Virus record (IMG/VR): IMGVR_UViG_3300017772_000002 | Length of the DNA: 20,000 nucleotides | Source: an uncultured virus (IMG/VR IMGVR_UViG_3300017772_000002) | Taxonomy: Duplodnaviria; Heunggongvirae; Uroviricota; Caudoviricetes | Strand: one strand, 5' to 3' | Part shown: positions 1-6,940 of the stretch, in pieces | Numbering within the stretch: position 1 is the stretch's first letter | Layout: each line of letters begins with the position of its first letter | Position numbers and translations under genes: made by a program | Notes under the pieces: generated by a model | Seen by the model: only the letters and a program-made list of their open reading frames with translations | What the model was told of the DNA's origin: nothing | The model's database searches: none

Positions 1-213
1 TGGACTATCATGCCAGCCTTCGTATGGTGTTTCTAATGCATGACCAACTTCATGACCAACAAAAAGATCATAAACGTCTTTACCCATGTCCTTCCATAAT
101 GGAAGACCAAGTACTCTGTTTTTGATATCAAACCAAGGAGTCTGATAATTACCATGTCTAATAGTAATGTTCTCTTTGGCTAGAAGTTTTGGTAGGCTTG
201 AGTTGTTATACAT
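1..213 (-). CDS. N-terminal 71 aa (runs off window edge) of a HEXXH metallopeptidase-like protein typically found downstream of gp46 in marine T4-like phages
   Basis: Hand translation from ATG at 213: MYNNSSLPKLLAKENITIRHGNYQTPWFDIKNRVLGLPLWKDMGKDVYDLFVGHEVGHALETPYEGWHDSP. Has HEVGH motif, AAGGA SD and an upstream promoter. Not in the ORF track. Confidence 0.8.
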   Translation of the reverse strand, partial: MYNNSSLPKLLAKENITIRHGNYQTPWFDIKNRVLGLPLWKDMGKDVYDLFVGHEVGHALETPYEGWHDSP

Positions 214-239
214 AATATGATCCTTTTCAATATACGTAT

Positions 240-290
240 ATTATATCACAAACAAGAGGCATTGTAAACAGTTTTTGTGAAAAAAAGTGA
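240..290 (-). promoter_or_regulatory. sigma70-type early promoter of the HEXXH gene
   Basis: Minus strand: TCACTTTTTTTCACAAAAACTG-TTTACA (-35, 268-263), 17-nt spacer ending TGA, TATAAT (-10, 245-240). Extended -10 TGn; resembles the T4 early GTTTAC consensus. Confidence 0.85.
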
Positions 291-323
291 TTTTTTTTAT
301 ATTATTTTGTTATATACTTATAA

Positions 324-2039
324 CTATTTGATCTTAGAGAAGTTTCTATCCTTAGTAAACTCAATCTTAGATCTAAACTTATTTTCAAGAATATCGCCTT
401 TATGTGATATAATAAAGACGTTTGTTCCATCTTCCAAAGTGTTTAAAATCTTAGTCAAATTATCAATACCATCATGATCTAATGAAGAGTCAAAAGTTTC
501 ATCCAAAACCAGCAAATTAGTTGCTGCTGAGTTTTTCATTTTAGCTATTTGTCTCCAAGTAAAGAGTAATGCCAAATCGATACGTTGCTTTTCGCCTTCA
601 CTAAATGATGTATAATTAAACGCATCACGATGTCTAGATTTTATAGTCTCGTTAAAGATTTCATCTAAATGGAATGCGACAAAGAAATCCAAAACCTGTA
701 GATACTGATTAATAAGTCTATTCATTACCGGTAGATACTGTTTAATTACCTTAGTTTTAATGCCTGTATCTTTCAACATCTCGCCTATAACTTCATTATA
801 CGTGCGTTCTTCTACATAAGCGAGCTTTTTCTCTGTAACAGTGTCTTTTGATTCTCTTAATGTTTCAAGATCAGTCTTGGCAGTTTTAATATCACCAGAG
901 GACTGAAGTAAACCACTAATTTCCTTTTGAATCTTTTCTATTTCTTTTTGAATAAGATTAATTTTGTCATTATTTGAATTAATAGTTCTTTGTCTAGCTA
1001 TAAGATCCTTCATATTATTTTGACAATCTTTTAACTGAGTAATACATTCATTATTTTCTTCAGACAGTTCTTTCATACCTTGTTGTATATTTGCGGCTGA
1101 AGATTTAATATGACTTAATTTATTCTCTTTAATATTAACATCAATATCCTGATCACATGTTGGACATATTTCATTATCTTCAAAAAACTTTGCTTGGCTT
1201 ACTAAATCTTTTATTTTTGATTTGAATAATCTATCTTCAGATTTTATATCTGATATTTTTTGAGAAAGCTCATCGCTTCTTTTATTTTCGATTTCAGTCA
1301 AAGCATCTAGATTTTTACCAAGCTCTGCTGATTCATTTACTAAATTTTTAACATCACCCTCATAACCACCGATTGATTCTTCTTTAGATTTAATCATATC
1401 CTTATTAATAGATTGTAAATCACGGATATATTTGTTTTGAGTTTCGATCTTAGCTTTATAAAGATTTAATGAATGGTTTATTTCAGATAGTTCTTCTTTA
1501 ATTTTAGAATTACGTTCTTTTAATAGTGAATTCATTTTACTAAAGATATTAATATCGAGAAGGTCTTCAATAACCTCTCTACGTTGGCCTTGTTGTAATT
1601 GCATAAATGGAATAAATGAACTACTACCAAGTACTACTACCTGATGAAATGATTTATGGTTTAGCTTTAGAATATTTTGTTCTAAGAATTTTTGATAATC
1701 TCTAGCATTACTAGATTGATTAATCATATTACCATTTTGATAAATTTCAAACTTACCGGGTTTAATACCTCGATAAATTCTAAAATCAGAGTTACCAACA
1801 CTAAACTCAACTTCAACAACAGTACCCTTTTTATTAATACTATTGACTAGTTGATCCTTTTTAATATCCCTATGTGACTTACCAAATAAACCAAATGAAA
1901 GAGCATCCAACATTGTTGACTTGCCAGCACCATTAGATCCAACAACTAATGTTGATGGGGTTCTATCTAATTGTACCTTAATAGTATCATTGCCAGTTGA
2001 AAGAAAGTTCTTCCAGCTAACACTTTTAAAATGTATCAT
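324..2039 (-). CDS. gp46: Recombination endonuclease ATPase subunit (Rad50/SbcC-like)
   Basis: Walker A GSNGAGKST, central coiled coil with CPTC zinc hook, FSEGEK signature, Walker B LLVLDE, H-loop IISH. Follows gp47 with an ATGA overlap. Confidence 0.97.
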   Translation of the reverse strand: MIHFKSVSWKNFLSTGNDTIKVQLDRTPSTLVVGSNGAGKSTMLDALSFGLFGKSHRDIKKDQLVNSINKKGTVVEVEFSVGNSDFRIYRGIKPGKFEIYQNGNMINQSSNARDYQKFLEQNILKLNHKSFHQVVVLGSSSFIPFMQLQQGQRREVIEDLLDINIFSKMNSLLKERNSKIKEELSEINHSLNLYKAKIETQNKYIRDLQSINKDMIKSKEESIGGYEGDVKNLVNESAELGKNLDALTEIENKRSDELSQKISDIKSEDRLFKSKIKDLVSQAKFFEDNEICPTCDQDIDVNIKENKLSHIKSSAANIQQGMKELSEENNECITQLKDCQNNMKDLIARQRTINSNNDKINLIQKEIEKIQKEISGLLQSSGDIKTAKTDLETLRESKDTVTEKKLAYVEERTYNEVIGEMLKDTGIKTKVIKQYLPVMNRLINQYLQVLDFFVAFHLDEIFNETIKSRHRDAFNYTSFSEGEKQRIDLALLFTWRQIAKMKNSAATNLLVLDETFDSSLDHDGIDNLTKILNTLEDGTNVFIISHKGDILENKFRSKIEFTKDRNFSKIK

Positions 2040-3097
2040 ACAACCTCTAAGTTTTGAGCTTCAGTATAGAGCTTTCTCAATTCAACCTTTATGTGATCCT
2101 TATCTAAATCAGTCTCAACAGCATCAACATACGTATCTAGCAATTCACCAGTATCCTCAAGAGATACCTTTTCGTCTTCAATGCTATCACCTAAATATTC
2201 TTCAAAGGTTTCAGCAATTTTAAGTTCATATGTTTCTATGCTTTGTAGTTTATCAACAAATCGATCAAACATATAAAGATCAGTTTTATTAACAACAATT
2301 AACTTAATAAACTTATTAGCATATTCTGAAACATCAATTGTGTTATAATCGGTTTTAGTATCATCATAAACAATCTTTTTAAACATAGTAATTGGGTTTC
2401 TTACAGGTGTTACTTCACGTGTTTCAGTATCTAAGATATGGAAATACTTAGGATCATCACAATCAGACCAAGTAAACTCCATTTGACCACCAAGATAATG
2501 TACGTTTCCTTGACTTGATTTAGTATGGAAATGACCAGTTAACACACTTTCAAATCTAGAAAAAATATCAGCATTCATACCATGTGGATTAGTTATACCA
2601 GCCATAAGCTCAAAACCTTTAAGCTCTAAGTGAGCGCCAAGAATAGAAGCATTACAGTTCATAGCCCACTTCGTATATTCTTCATAATTAGCATTATTAA
2701 TCCATGGAATGAGACCAACCTTAAGACCATCATAATCAAGTACAGTAGGTTTCATAATGATATTCACATTGCTAGTAAAATAACCTAGCAATTCTTTAAG
2801 AGAACATAATTCATTAGTGTTTTTATAATAGACATCATGATTACCAGGGATAATATCCATAGTGATACCAAGATCACGCATAGGTTCAAGAAAATGTTTA
2901 CGATTTGCATTAAGAGCTTTAAAGTTTACAAACTTCCGATGCTCATAGTAATCACCTAAGTGTAATATGTTTGTAATACCATGTTCTTTTAGGTATGGAA
3001 AAAATATTTCACTATAAAATCTTTCTTGGTAATCTAAAAAAATGTCAGATGAATTTCTTACACCACAATGGGTGTCATTTAAAATAGCAATCTTCAT
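2036..3097 (-). CDS. gp47: Recombination endonuclease nuclease subunit (Mre11/SbcD-like)
   Basis: Metallophosphoesterase motifs DTH, LGD, GNHD, GHFH; synteny gp55-gp47-gp46. Confidence 0.97.
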   Translation of the reverse strand: MKIAILNDTHCGVRNSSDIFLDYQERFYSEIFFPYLKEHGITNILHLGDYYEHRKFVNFKALNANRKHFLEPMRDLGITMDIIPGNHDVYYKNTNELCSLKELLGYFTSNVNIIMKPTVLDYDGLKVGLIPWINNANYEEYTKWAMNCNASILGAHLELKGFELMAGITNPHGMNADIFSRFESVLTGHFHTKSSQGNVHYLGGQMEFTWSDCDDPKYFHILDTETREVTPVRNPITMFKKIVYDDTKTDYNTIDVSEYANKFIKLIVVNKTDLYMFDRFVDKLQSIETYELKIAETFEEYLGDSIEDEKVSLEDTGELLDTYVDAVETDLDKDHIKVELRKLYTEAQNLEVV

Positions 3098-3098
3098 A

Positions 3099-3674
3099 TT
3101 ATACCATAAATAATTCTAGTTTTTCTCGTTCTTTCTCAATCTTAGCAAACTCTTTAAGTTTAGCATCCTTGGTTCTAATTTGATCAATACGAGCTCTTAA
3201 GGTATCTACGTACTCCATAGTTTGAGCAGCACCATTATCATCCATTCCCATAGCAGCAAAATCTTCAATACCCATCTTTTCAATATATTTAAATTTTATT
3301 TCTTGTTGTTTCTTCTCTTTGGTAATACGCCTAATAAATGCAAAGAAACAAATTTGAGTAAAATAAGAAAATGCATTTGGATTACCTGTTCTTGTAGCAG
3401 TATCAATATTATAGTTATTAATAGCTCTCAAACAATTTTCAACTCCATCCATAACCATTTCTTCTCTATAAGTGTACCGAACGAAGTTCGGTCTGTGAGA
3501 CAGTCCTTCCGATATTTTCATGAAACAAGAGGCAATATAATTGGTTACCTTTGGGATTTCTTTTTCAGCTTCTTTTGCTGCATTTACAGATTTTACATAC
3601 TCAACAACCGCTAAGGAAAATTCCTTATTGTTCACATAATGTGGCTTAGCTTTCGGTTTGATTTTTGTGGTCAT
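3099..3674 (-). CDS. gp55: Late-transcription sigma factor
   Basis: HYVNNKEF, HRPNF..YTYREEM..DG.ENC and NAFSYFTQIC..AF.RRI.KEKKQ motifs typical of gp55; AGGAG SD. Confidence 0.96.
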   Translation of the reverse strand: MTTKIKPKAKPHYVNNKEFSLAVVEYVKSVNAAKEAEKEIPKVTNYIASCFMKISEGLSHRPNFVRYTYREEMVMDGVENCLRAINNYNIDTATRTGNPNAFSYFTQICFFAFIRRITKEKKQQEIKFKYIEKMGIEDFAAMGMDDNGAAQTMEYVDTLRARIDQIRTKDAKLKEFAKIEKEREKLELFMV

Positions 3675-3698
3675 AATTATCTCCTAATAATGTATTAT

Positions 3699-3728
3699 AT
3701 TATATCATAGTTTAAGGCAAATGTAAAC
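3699..3728 (-). promoter_or_regulatory. sigma70-type early promoter of the gp55-gp47-gp46 operon
   Basis: Minus strand G-TTTACA (3727-3722), 17-nt spacer ending TGA, TATAAT (3704-3699). Confidence 0.85.
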
Positions 3729-3759
3729 GTTTATTTCATAAAATTTATTTAAAATTAAT

Positions 3760-3810
3760 TCACTTTTTTTCACAAAAACCGTTTACAAATCATAAAAAGT
3801 ATGATATAAT
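3760..3810 (+). promoter_or_regulatory. Divergent orphan sigma70-type promoter pointing antisense into the 124-aa gene and uvsW
   Basis: TTTACA (3782-3787), 17 nt, TATAAT (3805-3810) with extended TG. 3760-3787 matches the promoter at 290-263 at 27/28 nt. Confidence 0.8.
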
Positions 3811-3846
3811 ATAGATGTTACCGGGGAGGTTAGGGGTATACTAAAG

Positions 3847-4221
3847 TTAATGATAGGTTGGTTCAATGTCTTCTTCATCGTCTGTATCATCATCTAATGC
3901 ACGCTCACCTTCGAGTTCATAATTATGTTTACTAAATTCACCACGTATGAGCTCTTGACAAGAATATTTAATGTATGATTCCTTTGTCTCTTCAACTACT
4001 TCTGTATGGTTAATCACAAACCTTTTCATGATCTTAAACACCTTTTTATCGGAAAACGGAAACCAGTCACCAAACGTAAACATTCCATCTGATGATACCT
4101 GCACGACCGCAGGTCGTTCTACGATAAACGCATGCTCATTTGAGCTTTGAACATAGCAAATAATATCTTCGCTATTTGTAAGTTTAAAATGTCTTATATC
4201 GACTTCTTTAATAGTTTCCAT
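3847..4221 (-). CDS. Hypothetical protein between uvsW and gp55 (possible Sm-like beta fold, acidic tail)
   Basis: FKLTNSEDIIC.V...P N-terminal pattern recalled from small marine T4-like proteins at this locus. ATG directly follows the uvsW stop. Confidence 0.75.
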   Translation of the reverse strand: METIKEVDIRHFKLTNSEDIICYVQSSNEHAFIVERPAVVQVSSDGMFTFGDWFPFSDKKVFKIMKRFVINHTEVVEETKESYIKYSCQELIRGEFSKHNYELEGERALDDDTDDEEDIEPTYH

Positions 4222-5730
4222 TTATATATTTATATCATGAACTTTATAGTCAAATTTTTCTTTGCTATAAATCCTGATCCTTTCAGCAGCATGTTGAAGC
4301 GTGTAATTTTTCTTTGATTTCCAGTGTAAGTCATCAGCTATATCGTATACCTTAGTATCTATACCATCAGCTGACTTTCTTAATCCTCTCCCGATGCTTT
4401 GTAAAACCCGAATTTGCGACTTACTAGGTGAAGCAAAGATAATGTTATGTAGACGTTTAATATTAATACCTGTAGAAAAAGTGCCCATACTAGCGACAAT
4501 GATCGCGTCATCTTGCTTCTCTGTAATCGCTCGTATCTCTTCCCTCGTATCAACATCGGTTTCACCTGATACATAAAACAATCTCCTCGTATTTCTAGGC
4601 AATTCATCAAACTTTTTCTGTAATAAATCATGAAGTGGCTTACCATGTTTATCTACAAACTGAAATAGTATCAATGTATTACCATTTTGATCCATAGCCA
4701 AATTAGCTATAAAATTATTTCTTGGTCCGTATTTTACTATAAAATCAATCTCTTCTTGATATTTCATTTTCGAAACTAACTTACAGTACTCATCGGTATA
4801 TTTCAATAACAAGACAAATATGTCTAGTTGTGATAAAGAATTTTCTTCAATCAACTCTTTAGTTGTGGTCACTTTAAATACCGGACCAAATAAGCCTTCT
4901 AATACTAACTGATGAGTTTGTGATCCATCTAAAGTACCAGTAGTACCAATTCTGTATTTAGCATTAACGCATTTTTCAAGTATTGACGTCAAAGATTTAG
5001 CTTTAAAGTTGTGTGCCTCATCACCAACAACCATACCAAAATCTTGAAACCAATTACTGTTTAGCTTATAAACTGACTGCCATGTTGTAATAATCACTCT
5101 TTGTTTTATATTATATTTTTCTTTACCTGCATAAATTTTATGACAATTTTTGCTAACATCCCAATCATCTTTTGTCGAGTAATCACCAAAATCAGAATAC
5201 ATTTGCTCAACTAATGATGTCGTTGGCACAATTAACATAACATTACCATCATTCATATCTAAGTAATATCTAATTGCTAAATATATGATTAAACTCTTTC
5301 CTGAAGCTGTAGGGCTTAAAAGCAAAGATTTTTTATCTGATAGCGCCCTCGAGAGTGCATCAAGTTGATAGGGCCGGGGTGTTATACCTACTCCGTTCAC
5401 AGAGAGTGACAGACCGCTCAGGAACGTCTCTATATCGTGTAACTCTTCTGTATCCGGCCTTCCGTACTTAGAATTATCCTCTGTAATGAGTTCATACCCT
5501 CTCGCATCGGCAAATTCCTTTAAATATTTGAATAAACCACCATATATCACCTTTTTTCTTAAGTCAAATAGGCGTATCTTCCCATCCCACATGCGATTTT
5601 TATACGCTGGCATGAATTTATACCCTGGAACATAAAAACAGAAGTGCTCTGTCAATTCCATCTCTATCCCCGGTTCGGTCACAACATGTAGAAAAACTTC
5701 GTTCTTCTTTTTAACAGTAATTTTTTCCAT
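4222..5730 (-). CDS. uvsW: SF2 DNA/RNA-DNA helicase UvsW
   Basis: WDGKIRLF N-domain, SPTASGKS Walker A, DEAH, TGT, QSIGRGLR motif VI; downstream of uvsY. Confidence 0.97.
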   Translation of the reverse strand: MEKITVKKKNEVFLHVVTEPGIEMELTEHFCFYVPGYKFMPAYKNRMWDGKIRLFDLRKKVIYGGLFKYLKEFADARGYELITEDNSKYGRPDTEELHDIETFLSGLSLSVNGVGITPRPYQLDALSRALSDKKSLLLSPTASGKSLIIYLAIRYYLDMNDGNVMLIVPTTSLVEQMYSDFGDYSTKDDWDVSKNCHKIYAGKEKYNIKQRVIITTWQSVYKLNSNWFQDFGMVVGDEAHNFKAKSLTSILEKCVNAKYRIGTTGTLDGSQTHQLVLEGLFGPVFKVTTTKELIEENSLSQLDIFVLLLKYTDEYCKLVSKMKYQEEIDFIVKYGPRNNFIANLAMDQNGNTLILFQFVDKHGKPLHDLLQKKFDELPRNTRRLFYVSGETDVDTREEIRAITEKQDDAIIVASMGTFSTGINIKRLHNIIFASPSKSQIRVLQSIGRGLRKSADGIDTKVYDIADDLHWKSKKNYTLQHAAERIRIYSKEKFDYKVHDINI

Positions 5731-6176
5731 TACATTCCACTAGTAAACTTATTCCACTCAATTATGTTTTTAATGTTTTGATGTCTCCATTTGATGTTTT
5801 CTAATATTTCCTTTAATGTATCTATAAGCTCTTGAGTATAATGCATTTTAGCTTGATGCTCTTGTATAAGAGGATCTGCATCATACCATTTATCCATATC
5901 GCCTTTAAGTACTGTAAGCCCGTCTAATGGATCATATGACCAGCCCTTTGCATCCATTTCAGCTTGAGTAAGCTTACCGTTATAGTGCATAAATTTATCT
6001 CGCAATAGTACCTTAAACTCAAGATCTAATTTCTTATATCTAAGTTTATTTACTGAATAAAGTTCTAAATACTTCGAATGAAGTTTTGCGGTATCTCGAG
6101 CTGACTGATCTAATTGAAGTTCATCAATAACTGAATCTTTTTTCCACATCTCAAGTATTTGTTCTAGGTTGTTCAT
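5730..6176 (-). CDS. uvsY: Recombination mediator UvsY
   Basis: W..DS.ID, KLHSKYL, IKNIIEW.KF.SG; position gp3-uvsY-uvsW; TAATG overlap with uvsW. Confidence 0.93.
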   Translation of the reverse strand: MNNLEQILEMWKKDSVIDELQLDQSARDTAKLHSKYLELYSVNKLRYKKLDLEFKVLLRDKFMHYNGKLTQAEMDAKGWSYDPLDGLTVLKGDMDKWYDADPLIQEHQAKMHYTQELIDTLKEILENIKWRHQNIKNIIEWNKFTSGM

Positions 6177-6197
6177 AATATCTCCATTGTATAAAAT

Positions 6198-6205
6198 TAT
6201 TTATA
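6198..6205 (-). promoter_or_regulatory. gp55-dependent late promoter of uvsY-uvsW
   Basis: Exact TATAAATA on the minus strand ~20 nt upstream of the uvsY ATG and GGAG SD. Confidence 0.75.
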
Positions 6206-6282
6206 TGTATACAGTTATGTAAACTTTAGTGTACATAGTTAAAACAATAGTTTAACCATTTCAATTTGTGTAAACTTATATA

Positions 6283-6741
6283 TTAACTAATATCAAAGTA
6301 TGTATACTTTAATGTAACATCTGCTTGTAAGTATTCTACTTCAGTTTGTTGAGTAGAAAATTCAACAGCCGATAGACTTGTTGGAAAGCAATCTTTAAAC
6401 GTTACTTCTTTTGTAACATTATTGTGACTACTTAATATAGCAAGAGTTGCATCTGATTTTTGCCCCTCACCTTTTTGTATAACATCATGCATCCAGTTAT
6501 ACATCTCAATATAATTTTCCATATCTTCGGTAATATTAAATCTAATATTTAATTCGCCAAAAGTCATACGATCGCCAGTCATACCCATATTTGATGTCTT
6601 ATATGGTAATGGAACTTCTGATATAGATAAATCTGGAAGCGTGACAGCAGTACAAAAATACTCAATATTAGAATATTTTGTTGAATCTATTTTGAATTGA
6701 AACCCTACAGGGCTTAAAAAGTTTTTATTTAAAGTAGCCAT
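6283..6741 (-). CDS. gp3: Tail completion / tube terminator protein (gp3-like, tube fold); true start most likely ATG at 6741
   Basis: MATLNKNFLSPVGFQF... and F.D.FPTSLS...F motifs; canonical position after gp23. The 23-aa extension in the ORF track starts at a TTG inside the structured RNA. Confidence 0.88.
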   Translation of the reverse strand: MATLNKNFLSPVGFQFKIDSTKYSNIEYFCTAVTLPDLSISEVPLPYKTSNMGMTGDRMTFGELNIRFNITEDMENYIEMYNWMHDVIQKGEGQKSDATLAILSSHNNVTKEVTFKDCFPTSLSAVEFSTQQTEVEYLQADVTLKYTYFDIS

Positions 6742-6746
6742 ATATC

Positions 6747-6754
6747 TATTTATA
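6747..6754 (-). promoter_or_regulatory. Late promoter of gp3 (predicted leaderless mRNA)
   Basis: TATAAATA-GATAT-ATG: only 5 nt between box and start codon, and no SD. Confidence 0.8.
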
Positions 6755-6773
6755 CAAGTTTGAAAGTTAAATT

Positions 6774-6869
6774 GAAGCAATGTGCGGTATCTTCCTCCGC
6801 GTACCCGCAACCAAGGCAGGATCTTAGTCTCTTCGTAACCTTTGTCACTTCTAGATCAACACTGCTTCT
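6774..6869 (-). ncRNA. Putative ~95-nt late-expressed structured RNA of unknown family
   Basis: 10-bp closing stem GAAGCAGUGU (6868-6859)/ACAUUGCUUC (6783-6774) enclosing two further stem-loop arms. GC-rich relative to other spacers; own TATAAATA promoter immediately upstream. Confidence 0.7.
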
Positions 6870-6873
6870 ATAT

Positions 6874-6881
6874 TATTTATA
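6874..6881 (-). promoter_or_regulatory. Late promoter driving the putative ncRNA
   Basis: Exact TATAAATA just downstream of the gp23 terminator and 5 nt before the first base of the closing stem. Confidence 0.8.
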
Positions 6882-6886
6882 CACAT

Positions 6887-6914
6887 AAAAAAAGGGACTC
6901 CGAAGAGTCCCTTT
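6887..6914 (-). terminator. Rho-independent terminator of the gp23 transcript
   Basis: AAAGGGACTC-TTCG-GAGTCCC-TTTTTTT: GC stem, C(UUCG)G tetraloop typical of T4 terminators, 7-U tail. Confidence 0.95.
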
Positions 6915-6940
6915 AAAGTACAAGACTATCTAATTAAAGA

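Noticed and set aside
6742..6810. 23-aa N-terminal extension of gp3 given in the ORF track
   Set aside because: Starts at a TTG within the RNA structure, has no SD and spans a late promoter. The family-like sequence begins at ATG 6741.
6774..6869. tRNA, hammerhead/twister ribozyme or known riboswitch identity for the structured RNA
   Set aside because: No cloverleaf, T-loop or CCA end, no CUGAUGA/GAAA core, and no aptamer consensus that I recognise by eye. A covariance-model search is still needed.
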